64,000 bases of DNA from Thermoanaerobaculia bacterium. GTDB taxonomy: Bacteria > Acidobacteriota > Thermoanaerobaculia > UBA5066. The notes below the pieces were generated by a model. That model saw only the letters and a list, made by a program, of their open reading frames with translations. It was not told the DNA's origin and did no database searches. Location: NCBI GenBank assembly GCA_963719225.1, contig CAVRAY010000001.1, forward strand, positions 1,920,001 to 1,984,000. The letters are read 5' to 3'. Shown in pieces: positions 41,542 through 51,282 of the stretch (its first letter is position 1; every line of letters starts with the position of its first letter). The position numbers were made by a program, and so were the translations under genes.

Positions 41542-41569
41542 TTGGACCTCCGCGCCTCCATTCGGTTCC
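41542..41569 (-). promoter_or_regulatory. Possible ECF sigma promoter
   Basis: Minus-strand GGAACC-N16-GTCCAA just upstream of the SD of 40607..41521. Confidence 0.4.
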
Positions 41570-41671
41570 CGGATAGGATCGGCTCTTGGATGCCCTGCAA
41601 AAACTCGCGGAAGCGGCTCGGGAGCTGGGGAAACCCCCGAAGGTCGCCCATGAAGTCGTAGGCTCGGTCCG

Positions 41672-43178
41672 AATGGGCCGAGCGCGCCGTGGAGCGGCGG
41701 AAGCGCCCGACCGGGCGGCGGTACCCCGCGCGGCGGCGGCCGGCGTCCGCGCCGTCCTCGTGGTCCACGGGATCGGGCAGCAGGTGCGCTTCCAGGCCCT
41801 GGACCAGATCGCGGAAGGGCTGCTGCGCGAAGCGGGTGACGGCGCGAGGAAGCCCGTCGCGCGAGCCGTCTCGATCGGCGACGAGATGTACCAGAGACTG
41901 GAGCTTTTTCTGCCGCTCGGGGACGGGGGAGAGCGCGAGGTCCACGTCTACGAGACGTACTGGGCCGAGCTCACGGAGGGACGCGTGACCCTGCGCGACG
42001 TGACGTCGTTTCTCTTCGGCGCCGCCCTCAACGGCTTTCGAAACCTCGGCGGCGTCCTGCGCGTCTCCTTCGGAAGCATCCACACGATTCGCCCGCCCCT
42101 CCCGGCCGTCCTCGGCCTTCTCGGCGCGTGCGCCGTTCTCCTCACGCTCGCCGCGATGAATGCCGTTCTTCTCGCGCTCGCCGCCCTCGAGGGGCTCCAG
42201 CCCGGCTTCGTACCCGCGTCGATCAAGGAGCGCTTTGCGGACAACGTTTCCGCGCTCCTCGCCCTTCTGACCGCCTTCAGCCTCGCCACGCTCGGCGTGC
42301 TGGCCCTCCTGTTCGTCGCGGCATGGGCGAAGCGGCGGACGGCGCGCGTGGGATTCGAGGGCTTCTGGCGCGCGGTCGGCGCGTCGCTGCAAGGCGTCTT
42401 CCTCGCGTGGCTGGCCCTGACGATTCTCGCGGGACTCGCCGTCGCGGTTCTCGTTTCGGGTGTCGGCCCCGAGGGGTGGACGCGCGAGGCTCTCTCGTGC
42501 CCATGGCTCGCGACACACTGGATGTTCCCTCTCGCCGCTCTCCTTCTCGCGTCGTCCGCGGTGAGGCGCTTCCTGGTCCAGTACCTGGGAGATGTCGCCG
42601 CTTACGTCACGTCCTACCGAATCGACCGCTTCGCAGAATTACGAAGCCGGGTAAAGGAGGTCGTTCGGAGAACCGCCGAGGCGGTCTACGAGGCGACTGA
42701 TAGCCCGGGGAGCAAGGTGAGGGCGTACGACGGAGTCGCCGTCGTGGCGCATTCTCTGGGGTCAGTCATCGCGTACGACGCGTTGAATACGCTCCTTCTC
42801 GATGATTCGTTCTGCGCCGAGACGCGCGACGTGGCGGAGAGAACCCGTCTCTTCCTCACGTTCGGCTCGCCGCTCGAGAAGATCGCGTTCGTATTCTCGA
42901 CGCGGGCGACGACGTACGCGCGCGAGGCCCTCGCGACGGCCTTGCAGCCCCTCATCAGCGATTACGCCTTCCGGCCGTTCCGTTGGATCAACGTCTTCTC
43001 CCCGCGCGACCCCATTTCGGGACGGCTCACGTCCTTCGACGACGCGAGCCAGCCGCTCTATCGCAAGCGGAGGATCCGCAATCTCCGGGACAGGGGAGCG
43101 GTGCTGCCCCTCCTCGCCCACCTGGAGTACTTCAGCGACCCGGTCCTGATTCGGCAGCTCGTCCGCGCTTTGCGGTAA
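41672..43178 (+). CDS. Membrane protein with alpha/beta-hydrolase-like motifs
   Basis: VHGIGQQ, AHSLGS nucleophile elbow, TFGSPL, DPISG, late His, with TM helices inserted. Start uncertain (41586-41672). Confidence 0.65.
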
Positions 43179-43180
43179 CG

Positions 43181-43304
43181 CAGAGAAAGAGGAAGACGAA
43201 AGAAAGATTTCTTAGAAGGTAAGAAGCGCGGCGCAGCAGGCGCGGTGCGCCGAGGTCGGCATGCGAGGCGCCTCACGCGCTTTCTAAGAAAATTCTCTTT
43301 CTTT
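43181..43304. repeat. Inverted pair of TTCTTAGAA motif, intergenic
   Basis: GAAAGAAAGATTTCTTAGAAGGTAAG (core 43209-43217) and CTTTCTAAGAAAATTCTCTTTCTTT (core 43282-43290). Confidence 0.85.
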
Positions 43305-43317
43305 GGCCCCGGTCTTT

Positions 43318-44877
43318 CTACGGAGGCGGCAATGCCGCCTTCAGGAACGCGCCGACGTCCTTGCGCAGCTTCGCGAGCTCGCCCGTGTGGATGTACATCA
43401 TGTGGCCGGCCTCGTACTCGCGTGCCGTGATCCGCGCCCGCTGGCTGGGGTCGAGGCCCATGTGCTGGAGCGTGTACTGCGTCGCGAAGTACGGCGTGGC
43501 GAGATCGAAGTGCCCCGAGGCGACGAAGAGCTTCATGTCGGGGTTCTTCGCGAAGGCCTGGCGCAGCGACTCGCTCGTGTCGGCGAAGCCGTTCCGCGCG
43601 CCCCAGTCCCACGGCCCGATGCCCCCGCCGAGGATGTGATACGTGGCGTCCGACTTGTAGCCGAGCGCGGCGCGCACGTATTGGTTGAACATGGCCGTGT
43701 ACGGCGGGCGAATGGCCGTCATGCTCGGGTCGAAATCGGGACGTTCGGAGACGGCGCTCTGGTCGATGCCCACGAACCGCGAGTCGAGCCGGCCCGCCGT
43801 CCGCCGCTCGTTCCGGAGGAGCTCCTTGCAGAAATGCTGGATCTCGATTCTGAGATCGGCGCGGTCGAGCCACGCCGCGTCCAGGCCGGTATAGCGCGCG
43901 AGGCGTTCGGCGATCGCCTTGCGCTCCGCCTGCGGCAGGGCATCGCCTTTCGCGAGAGCGAACGGATAGTCGCCGGAAGCGAACTTCTCGACTTCGTCGA
44001 GAACGGCGCGGAGGGGCTTGCTCTGGAGGTCGGCGGGGAGCTTCTTGTGGTACCAGGCCGTCGCCGTGTAGGTCGGGAGGAAGAGAGGATAAGGAAGGTC
44101 GTTGCCCTTCGTGAACTGGGCGGTCTGGAAGTTCAGGATGGACGACACGAGGAGGATGCCGTTGAAGGCGATTCCCTTGTCGACGAGGTGGCCCGAAAGG
44201 CCCGCAGCCCGGGTCGTGCCATAGCTCTCGCCCACGAGGAAGAGCGGCGAGGTCCAGCGTTCGTTTCGCGCGAGATAGAGGCGAATGAACTCCCCGACGG
44301 AAACGATGTCCCCCTCGACGCTCCAGAACTTCTTCCCGAGCTCCGGTTTGGCGGCGCGGCTGTACCCCGTCCCGACGGGATCGATGAAGACGAGATCGGA
44401 CTCCGCGAGCCAGGTTTCCTCGTTGTCGACGAGCGCATACGGAGGCGACGGCATCATGCCGTCGTCCTTCATCCGGACGCGCTTCGGTCCGAGGGCGCCG
44501 AGGTGGAGCCACACGGACGAGGACCCCGGGCCGCCGTTGAACGAGAACATGAGCGGCCTCTTCTCGGCCGGCGCGCCGGCGCGGTCGAGCGTGTAGGCGA
44601 CGAAGAAGATTCGCGCCTCGACCTCTCCCGACTCGCTCTTGAGCGGCATGAGGCCCGTCGTGGCCGTGTATTTCAGGATCCGCCCGCCGGCGCGGATTTC
44701 GTGGTGCGTGACGACGGGAGGCTCTTCCTTCTCCTCCTTCTTCTTCGGCTCGGGCGTCTTCGCCTTTTCGGACGCGGCGGCCTCGGGGCGCGGGTCGTCG
44801 GCCGGCGCGCTCGCCGGGCGAGCCGCCTGCGGCTGGGCGAGCAGGGCGAGGAGCGGAAGGATTGCGGACGCCGGCAT
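43318..44877 (-). CDS. S10 serine carboxypeptidase
   Basis: FNGGPGSSS, DPVGTGYS, GESYG, GHMMY, signal peptide. ATG 44877 with SD GAGGAGG. Confidence 0.92.
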   Translation of the reverse strand: MPASAILPLLALLAQPQAARPASAPADDPRPEAAASEKAKTPEPKKKEEKEEPPVVTHHEIRAGGRILKYTATTGLMPLKSESGEVEARIFFVAYTLDRAGAPAEKRPLMFSFNGGPGSSSVWLHLGALGPKRVRMKDDGMMPSPPYALVDNEETWLAESDLVFIDPVGTGYSRAAKPELGKKFWSVEGDIVSVGEFIRLYLARNERWTSPLFLVGESYGTTRAAGLSGHLVDKGIAFNGILLVSSILNFQTAQFTKGNDLPYPLFLPTYTATAWYHKKLPADLQSKPLRAVLDEVEKFASGDYPFALAKGDALPQAERKAIAERLARYTGLDAAWLDRADLRIEIQHFCKELLRNERRTAGRLDSRFVGIDQSAVSERPDFDPSMTAIRPPYTAMFNQYVRAALGYKSDATYHILGGGIGPWDWGARNGFADTSESLRQAFAKNPDMKLFVASGHFDLATPYFATQYTLQHMGLDPSQRARITAREYEAGHMMYIHTGELAKLRKDVGAFLKAALPPP

Positions 44878-44934
44878 CGTGGCCTCCTCGGTGGAACTTT
44901 GACCGGGAAGGGGCGTACCGTACATGGCGAGCTC

Positions 44935-46239
44935 ATGAAAAGCGACTCCCTTGAGCCCGTTCGCATCGGCCTGATCGGCTTCGGCACGGTGGGCCGGGCG
45001 TTCGCGAGCCTCCTCGCGAGGGAGGCGCCCGACCTTTCCGCCCGGCGCGGAGTCCGTCTGTCTCTCGTGGCCGTCGCGACGCGAAACGCGGACCAGAAAC
45101 GCGAGCCTTCCCTCGGACCCGGCGTGCGTTGGACGAGCGACCTCGCTTCGGTCGCGACGGATCCCGGTGTCGATCTCGTCGTCGAGCTGCTCGGCGGGAT
45201 CGAGCCCGCGAACGGCCTCATCCGCACCTCTCTCGACGCGGGCAAGAGCGTCGTCACGGCGAACAAGATGCTCCTCGCGCGGCACGGAACCCAGCTTCAG
45301 GAGCTCGCGCGGGGAAAAGGCGCCGGCCTCGGCATCGAGGCTGCCGTCGCGGGCGGGATTCCCATCCTGCGGGCTCTCCGCACGAGCTTCACGGGGGACC
45401 GCGTGATCGCGGTCTCCGGCATCCTGAACGGCACGTGCAACTTCATCCTCACGGAAATGGAGAAGACGGGGCGTGCCTACGAGGAGGTCCTCGCAGAAGC
45501 GCAGAAGCTCGGCTACGCGGAGGCGGTTCCGGCGAGCGACGTCGAGGGCGACGACGCGGCGTACAAGCTGGCGCTCCTCGCGCGCCTCGCGTTCGGCTGC
45601 GATGTGGCGTTCGACCAGATCGCCCGTGAGGGGATCACGCGCCTTCTTCCGTGCGATTTCGTCTATGCCCGGAGGCTGCTCAGGACCCCGCGCCAGCTCG
45701 GGACGGCGAGACTCCTCGAGAGCGGCCACCTCCACCTCTCGGTCAGGACGCACCTCGTCTCCGAAACGTCGCTGCTCGCGAAGGTGACGGGGCCGTTCAA
45801 CGCGGTGGAGGTGCGGGGGGAAAGCGGCGGCCCGTTCGTCTTCTCGGGTCGCGGCGCGGGTGGCGGGCCGACGGCCACCGCCGTCCTGGCGGATGTCGTC
45901 GAGCTCGCGCGCGGAGGCGGGCACGCGGCCCCTCCGCTCGGCTTCGGCGTTCTCCAGCAGTGCGTCGCGGCGACGCCGGGCGAGTTCGTGTCGCCGTTCT
46001 ATCTGAGATTCGTCGTACGAGACCGGCCCGGAATCATCGCGGACCTCGCGCGCATCCTGGCGGTTCACGGGATCAACATCGACGCCGTGTTTCAGGCGCC
46101 CTACGAGGACAAGGGCGCGCTGCCGTTCGTCGTGACGCTCGAGCCGGTGCCCGGAAGATCGCTCGCCGGAGCCCTCGCCGAGATCGAGCCGCTGACGTTC
46201 CACGTCCTCCCGCCGCTCGCGCTTCCGATGACGGACTAG
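44935..46239 (+). CDS. hom: Homoserine dehydrogenase with ACT domain
   Basis: GFGTVG, VVTANK, EAAVAGGIP, GILNGTCNFIL, GRGAGG.PTA, DRPGIIA. Confidence 0.93.
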   Translation: MKSDSLEPVRIGLIGFGTVGRAFASLLAREAPDLSARRGVRLSLVAVATRNADQKREPSLGPGVRWTSDLASVATDPGVDLVVELLGGIEPANGLIRTSLDAGKSVVTANKMLLARHGTQLQELARGKGAGLGIEAAVAGGIPILRALRTSFTGDRVIAVSGILNGTCNFILTEMEKTGRAYEEVLAEAQKLGYAEAVPASDVEGDDAAYKLALLARLAFGCDVAFDQIAREGITRLLPCDFVYARRLLRTPRQLGTARLLESGHLHLSVRTHLVSETSLLAKVTGPFNAVEVRGESGGPFVFSGRGAGGGPTATAVLADVVELARGGGHAAPPLGFGVLQQCVAATPGEFVSPFYLRFVVRDRPGIIADLARILAVHGINIDAVFQAPYEDKGALPFVVTLEPVPGRSLAGALAEIEPLTFHVLPPLALPMTD

Positions 46240-47177
46240 GTGTCGGGGCTAAACAGGTTGTTCACTCTGGACACCGGTGGTTTACCTCCGAGTGAGGAGT
46301 GCTGGCGATGGAAATTGTAGTAGTGCAGCCATCGCGGCAGGGCGTGACGGCGCTTTGCTGAGGAAGAGTAAGAGCGGCGATAGGCCCACTCCCTGAGCAT
46401 GGTCTGGATGAAGCGCTCGGCCTTGCCGTTGGTGCGCGGGCGGTAGCGGCGAGTAAAGCCGTGGCGAATCGAGGCCCTGTCGAGGACTTCATTGAAAGTG
46501 CCTGAGGTAAAGACCTTGCCGTTGTCGGTGAGGAGTCGTCGGGGCTGGATGCCTGAGGCGCGGTACCAGGCGATGGCACGCTCGAGAAAACCGGTGGCCG
46601 TCTGTTTGTCCTCCGCTTTCAGCGGCTCGACGTAGCTCAGCCGGGAATGGTCGTCGATGCAGACATAGATGTGTTCATAGCCGACGCGGCGTTTCCGCTT
46701 GGTGCGGTCGCCGTGAATGCGATGGCCGGGGCCTCCGACGATGCGGGCGAGCTTCTTGATGTCAATGTGCAGAAGGTCTCCCGGGTTCGGGAGCTCGTAA
46801 CGATTCGGTGGCTCGGGCGGCTCGAGTGAGCGCAGGCGCCCCAGCCCGGCCATTCGAAGAATCCGACTCACGGTGGCCCGCGGAAGCCCCATCGTTTCGG
46901 AAATCTCACGCCCGGTAAGACGCTTCAGCCTGAGCTCGAGGGCTCGCCTTCGAAGATTCTCGGGAGTGCGGCGGGGCGAGCTTCGCGGCCGACTCGACCG
47001 ATCCAGCAGCCCTAAAGCGCCCTCCTCTCGGAAACGCTTGAGCCACTTGGCGGCAGTCCTGACGCTAAGGCCAAGGGCTTCCGCCGCCTTCCGGCGGCTC
47101 CAGCCCTCGGCCTTTACTCTGTCGACTAATAGCTCTCGACTTCGGGGGTTCGTCTTTGCTCTGCTATGGGCGTTCAT
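46236..47177 (-). CDS. IS481-family DDE transposase
   Basis: HTH, DRSSRP, HIDIKKL, IDDHSR, TDNG, TNGKAERFIQT, YN..RQHS. Stop codon lies in the target duplication. Confidence 0.95.
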   Translation of the reverse strand: MNAHSRAKTNPRSRELLVDRVKAEGWSRRKAAEALGLSVRTAAKWLKRFREEGALGLLDRSSRPRSSPRRTPENLRRRALELRLKRLTGREISETMGLPRATVSRILRMAGLGRLRSLEPPEPPNRYELPNPGDLLHIDIKKLARIVGGPGHRIHGDRTKRKRRVGYEHIYVCIDDHSRLSYVEPLKAEDKQTATGFLERAIAWYRASGIQPRRLLTDNGKVFTSGTFNEVLDRASIRHGFTRRYRPRTNGKAERFIQTMLREWAYRRSYSSSAKRRHALPRWLHYYNFHRQHSSLGGKPPVSRVNNLFSPDT

Positions 47178-47263
47178 CCGGGTCCTTTCCGATGGGGTCC
47201 TGCTGCTCGCACCAACAGCATTCCACCGGTTAACCCGGGTGAACAACCTCCTGAGCCTTTACA
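46241..47263 (-). mobile_element. IS481-family insertion sequence (1023 bp)
   Basis: TGT...ACA ends, imperfect terminal IRs sharing GGCT..AGGTTGTTCAC, ACTAGG direct repeats at 46235-46240 and 47264-47269, lower GC. Confidence 0.93.
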
Positions 47264-47264
47264 A

Positions 47265-48128
47265 CTAGGCGGGGCGGCGACCCTCTTCCCACGCGAGGAG
47301 CGAGGCGAAGAAACCGACGCGCGCCATCGCGAGCAGGAAGAATCCGAGCTGCCGGAAGACGAAGAGCCCCGCGACGGCTCCCGTCGTGCGCGGATTCAGG
47401 CGGAGACCCAGGCTCGTGAAGAGGGCCTGTACGAGGACGAAGACCACGACCCAGAACAGCATGATGCGGATGCCCGAGGCGCGGCGTCCCGAAAGGCGTT
47501 GTTCCGCGATGCGGTAGGCGCCGCGGGCATTCCGGGCGTCGTCGCGCGCCAGGGCGATGCGGGCGAGGTCGTACCTGAGCGCCGTGTTGAGGAGGACGAG
47601 AAGCCCCCCGAGAAGGGCCCACCAGAAGAGCAGCGTCGCCGCGCCGCCGTGGGGCGGCGCCTGCTTCGCGATCCGGCCGAGGACCGCACACGGAACGACG
47701 ACGAGGAGGCCGAGCCAGAAGAGAGACGAAAGGACGAAGCGCGCCGCCGCCCACAAGTTCGCCTTGAAGAGGGCGGCCGACTCGGCGATCACCGTCGCGA
47801 GCACGGGACGCGCTCTGCCCGCGACGAGGACCCTGAGCATCCCGCCCGTCAGGAAGATCTGGAGAAAGGCGAACGCCACGGCCGCGCCCAGGAACGCCGC
47901 GAGCACCAGGCGGAGCTGCGCACGCTCCACGACGAGAAACGAGAGCATCCCCCACGAGTCCCAGCCTCTGACGAGGGACTCGCGGAACGGCCCGGAGTCG
48001 AGAATCGCGGTGACGGACCGGAGCGGGAACCATGCGAGGAGGCCCGAAGCCAGGAGAGAAAGCCAGAGGACGCCGGCGAGGCGCCGGTGCTTGAGGGCCG
48101 AGGACAGCCCGGCGACGACGGGGCTCAC
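47265..48128 (-). CDS. Hypothetical polytopic membrane protein
   Basis: About six TM helices, GTG 48128 overlaps the stop of the M1 peptidase gene. Confidence 0.7.
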   Translation of the reverse strand: MSPVVAGLSSALKHRRLAGVLWLSLLASGLLAWFPLRSVTAILDSGPFRESLVRGWDSWGMLSFLVVERAQLRLVLAAFLGAAVAFAFLQIFLTGGMLRVLVAGRARPVLATVIAESAALFKANLWAAARFVLSSLFWLGLLVVVPCAVLGRIAKQAPPHGGAATLLFWWALLGGLLVLLNTALRYDLARIALARDDARNARGAYRIAEQRLSGRRASGIRIMLFWVVVFVLVQALFTSLGLRLNPRTTGAVAGLFVFRQLGFFLLAMARVGFFASLLAWEEGRRPA

Positions 48129-50218
48129 AGGGCCATCCAGAGGTTCGAAAGCAGGATCTCGAGGAGGTGAAGACCGTAGACGCGGGCCTTCCCCGCCGCG
48201 GACGGGCCCGCGTATTCCTTCGTCGTGAGAGCATTGTTCAACGGATTGCGGTCGAGAACGATCCGGTGCGCAGCGTCGACTTCGGCTTTCACGAGCGCCG
48301 CCTGGGAGGTCACGCGAAATCGGATCCAGCTGTCGGTCGCGCCCCAGCTCTTCCTCCAGGTCGTGCCATCCGCGAACGTCAGGACGATTTCCGCGGGGAG
48401 GAGGAGATCTCCGTCGCGGCCGACGAGGACGACCGATTCCCACGGACGAGCCTTCCGGTCCTCGTGCGCGCGCTTTTCGTTATCGTTCTCGACTTTCTTC
48501 GGACCTTTTGCGGTCAACTCGAAGCCGAACGCCTTTCCGGCGTCGTCGTATCCCTTGAACGTCGCGGCCTTCCCGGTCGAGGCCTCGAGAACGGAGAAGT
48601 CGATGAAGGACGTCCCGAGCCACACCTTTTCGATGACTTCCGAGACGGCGGGGACGCCGGGCGCCCCCAGGGCGTCGAAGAAGTCCTCGGACGTCGGATG
48701 GTCGAAGCGCCAGCGCTCCGCATAGCTGCGGAAGGCGCGCCAGAACGTCTCCTCGCCGAGTAGAAGGCGAACCTGCTGGATCGCAGTCGCGGTCTTCGGG
48801 TAGGAGTTTCGTCCGTAGGAGGCGTTGCTCCGGAACTTCCAGGCCGGCGTCACGATTCGATCGAAATCCGGCCTGAAGACCGCCTCGGCGCGGTTGATGT
48901 CCTCGTACGTCCAGCCGATCCCGGTCGGAAGCTCGACGTAGAGCCCGTACTTTCGTCCCATCATCTCGACTTCGACGAAGGAGTCGATCCCCTCGTCCAT
49001 CCAGCTCTCCTCGAACTCGTTCGACGCGAGGAGGCCGTAGAAGTAGCCGTGCCCGAACTCGTGAATCGTGGCGTCCTCGGCAATCCGATAACCGTTCAAG
49101 GGCCAGCGCTCCAGCGCCTTGACGGTGACGGTCGTGTAGAGAGTCTGGTACTCCATGCCGGCGGCGCCGAAGCCGTCTTCAGGCGGGTCGATGGCCGAGA
49201 CCTGAGCGTAGGGATACGGGAAGGCATAGAGCCCGAGCCAGGCCAGCGCCCACTTCTGCGCGTCCCGATGACGCGTCCACTGGCCGACGTGGTCCGGCTG
49301 CATGTAGAACCTGAGCGTTACTTTGTGGAAGCCCGCGCGCAACGCTTCCGGCGTTCGGCCGAGGAGCTTCGCGGCGCGTGCGACCTCGGCCGGCGGGAGG
49401 TCGACGCGTGGGTCGAAGACGTCGTCCTTCACGACGTATCGCGGGTCGGCCGTGAACGCGAAGTCGTGGATCGACTTCTGTGCGAACGTGAGCGTCTTCC
49501 TGCCGTTCGCCTTCTTCTCGTCCAAGAGCGCGCCCGCCGAGCCGACGACGAATTTCTCCGGCAGCGTGATCGACACGCGGTAATCTCCCCAGTCGGCGTA
49601 GAACTCGGAGTTCGCGTGGTACTGGTGGCAGTTCCAGCCGGCGTCGGCGCGGCGGCGCCGGCCCTTCGGCTCGTAGACGCCGATCTTCGGGAACCACTGG
49701 CCGAACATGAAGAAGTCGCGCACGTAGCCGGCGCGCGCGAAGACCCTCGGGATCCGGGCTTTCCAGGCGATCGCGAGCGTGATCGTCTCGCCGCCGGCGA
49801 CAGGCCGCGGGAGCGGAACGACGAGGACCGTCCGGTCGTCCGGGTTTCCGTCGTCCGGGCTGTCGAAGCGGAACTGCTTCGCGAGCTCCGTCCCCTCCCA
49901 CGTCATCGAAGTCACGTCGAGTGAACCCCAGCCGGTGTCCTTGTCCGCCGTGTCGCGCCGGAGCCGCCCGCCCGATTCCTTGAAGAACGTGGACCGGCTG
50001 TTGCGGAAGGCGTTCCAATAGAGGTGAAAGCGCAGCTCGGCGACGGGGCCGTCGGACGGGTTCGTCCACCTCAGTGTTTCGTGTCCGTCGACGGTCTTTC
50101 GCTCGGGGTCGATCGTGACGTCGATCGCGTAGTCGACGATCTTCTTCGGGGCCTCGAGGGCATGAGCCGGCATCGCGAAAGCGAGGGCCAGGGCCGCGCC
50201 GTGGAGACTCTTTCGCAT
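48125..50218 (-). CDS. M1 family metallopeptidase with C-terminal hydrophobic tail
   Basis: Signal peptide, HLYWNAF, QWFPK, GMEY, HEFGH..WMDEG, SYPK. Confidence 0.9.
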   Translation of the reverse strand: MRKSLHGAALALAFAMPAHALEAPKKIVDYAIDVTIDPERKTVDGHETLRWTNPSDGPVAELRFHLYWNAFRNSRSTFFKESGGRLRRDTADKDTGWGSLDVTSMTWEGTELAKQFRFDSPDDGNPDDRTVLVVPLPRPVAGGETITLAIAWKARIPRVFARAGYVRDFFMFGQWFPKIGVYEPKGRRRRADAGWNCHQYHANSEFYADWGDYRVSITLPEKFVVGSAGALLDEKKANGRKTLTFAQKSIHDFAFTADPRYVVKDDVFDPRVDLPPAEVARAAKLLGRTPEALRAGFHKVTLRFYMQPDHVGQWTRHRDAQKWALAWLGLYAFPYPYAQVSAIDPPEDGFGAAGMEYQTLYTTVTVKALERWPLNGYRIAEDATIHEFGHGYFYGLLASNEFEESWMDEGIDSFVEVEMMGRKYGLYVELPTGIGWTYEDINRAEAVFRPDFDRIVTPAWKFRSNASYGRNSYPKTATAIQQVRLLLGEETFWRAFRSYAERWRFDHPTSEDFFDALGAPGVPAVSEVIEKVWLGTSFIDFSVLEASTGKAATFKGYDDAGKAFGFELTAKGPKKVENDNEKRAHEDRKARPWESVVLVGRDGDLLLPAEIVLTFADGTTWRKSWGATDSWIRFRVTSQAALVKAEVDAAHRIVLDRNPLNNALTTKEYAGPSAAGKARVYGLHLLEILLSNLWMAL

Positions 50219-50256
50219 CGAGGAGGCAGATCATAGTCGAGCGATAGACTCGCCCG

Positions 50257-51282
50257 ATGGCGCGCGGGGACCTCGTCGCCCTCACGGGCGGTACCGGATT
50301 CGTGGGCAGCCACGCCGCCGACGCGCTTCTCGCGGCGGGCTACCGCGTGCGCGCTCTGGCGCGCCGTCCCGAGGACCCGGGTTGGCTGAAAGGCACTTCG
50401 GTCGAGGTCGTTTCCGGCGATGTGAGGAGACCGGAGTCGCTCGAGGCGCTCGTGGCGGGGGCCGACGCCGTGGTTCACGTGGCGGGCAGGACGTCGGCGC
50501 GAAACGAGGCCGAATACATGGCCTCGAATGCCGCCGGCACGGCGAACGTCGTCGCGGCGGTCCGCAAGTCGGCGCCGAACGCGCACGTCGTCCTCGTGTC
50601 CTCCCAGGCCGCCGGCGGCCCGAGCCGGAACGGGGCGCCCGTTTGCACGGCGGACCGGCCGGGTCCGGTCTCCTCCTACGGGCGCTCGAAGCTCGCGGGC
50701 GAGGAAGCGGTTCGGAAGGAGCCGGGACTCGCCTTCACGATCCTCCGTCCAAGCGCCGTGTACGGGCCCCGCGAAACCGCGATCCGGGACCTGTTCGTCG
50801 CCGCGTCGCGGGGCTTCGTGCCGGTCCTCGCAGGCGGAAAGCCCCGGATCCAGATGGTCTTTGCCGAGGACGTGGCGCGGGCGGTCGTCGGCGCGCTCGA
50901 AAGGGGAGGCCGGGGGGAGACGTTTTTCGTCGCCCATCCGGAGGTTCTCGAGTACCGGGCCATCGCCGAGACGCTCGCGACCCTGCCCTCGAGGCGGCCT
51001 CGGCTCGTGCCGGTCCCGACGGCAGCCATCCGGGCTGCGGGCTCACTGGCGGGCCTCCTTTCGACATTCTCCAAGGGCCCCCCGGTCTTCAACGCCGAGA
51101 AGGCGAACGAGCTCCTCCAGAGCGCCTGGATTTGCGACGTATCCGACGCACAAATGGCGTTGGGGCAGCCGTTTAGGACTAATTTCGAGGTCGGGGCGAG
51201 GGTTACCTGGGAGTGGTACCTCGAGCGCGGGTGGATCTCGGATCGAGGTGGTAAAATCCGAGCGACAGGGGACACGAAATGA
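50257..51282 (+). CDS. Extended SDR / NAD-dependent epimerase family, candidate ceramide reductase (CerR-like)
   Basis: TGGTGFVG, VSSQAA, YGRSK, RPSAVYGP. Coupled (ATGA) to the spt-like gene. Confidence 0.75.
   Translation: MARGDLVALTGGTGFVGSHAADALLAAGYRVRALARRPEDPGWLKGTSVEVVSGDVRRPESLEALVAGADAVVHVAGRTSARNEAEYMASNAAGTANVVAAVRKSAPNAHVVLVSSQAAGGPSRNGAPVCTADRPGPVSSYGRSKLAGEEAVRKEPGLAFTILRPSAVYGPRETAIRDLFVAASRGFVPVLAGGKPRIQMVFAEDVARAVVGALERGGRGETFFVAHPEVLEYRAIAETLATLPSRRPRLVPVPTAAIRAAGSLAGLLSTFSKGPPVFNAEKANELLQSAWICDVSDAQMALGQPFRTNFEVGARVTWEWYLERGWISDRGGKIRATGDTK

Noticed and set aside
43181-43304. Motif pairs as a CRISPR array, intrinsic terminator or one MITE family
   Set aside because: There is no direct-repeat/spacer periodicity, the arms are far apart, the spacers are unrelated between pairs and no target duplications were seen.
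43303-46239. Apparent 978-aa and 961-aa overlapping ORFs
   Set aside because: They are upstream read-through extensions of the divergent S10 peptidase (start 44877) and hom (start 44935) genes.
46851-46962. TTCGAAGA variants inside IS481 and at about 27463, 27718 and 58357
   Set aside because: TTC-GAA-GAA and TTC-TTC-GAA are common codon strings, and these copies lack convincing flanks or partners, so they were not counted.
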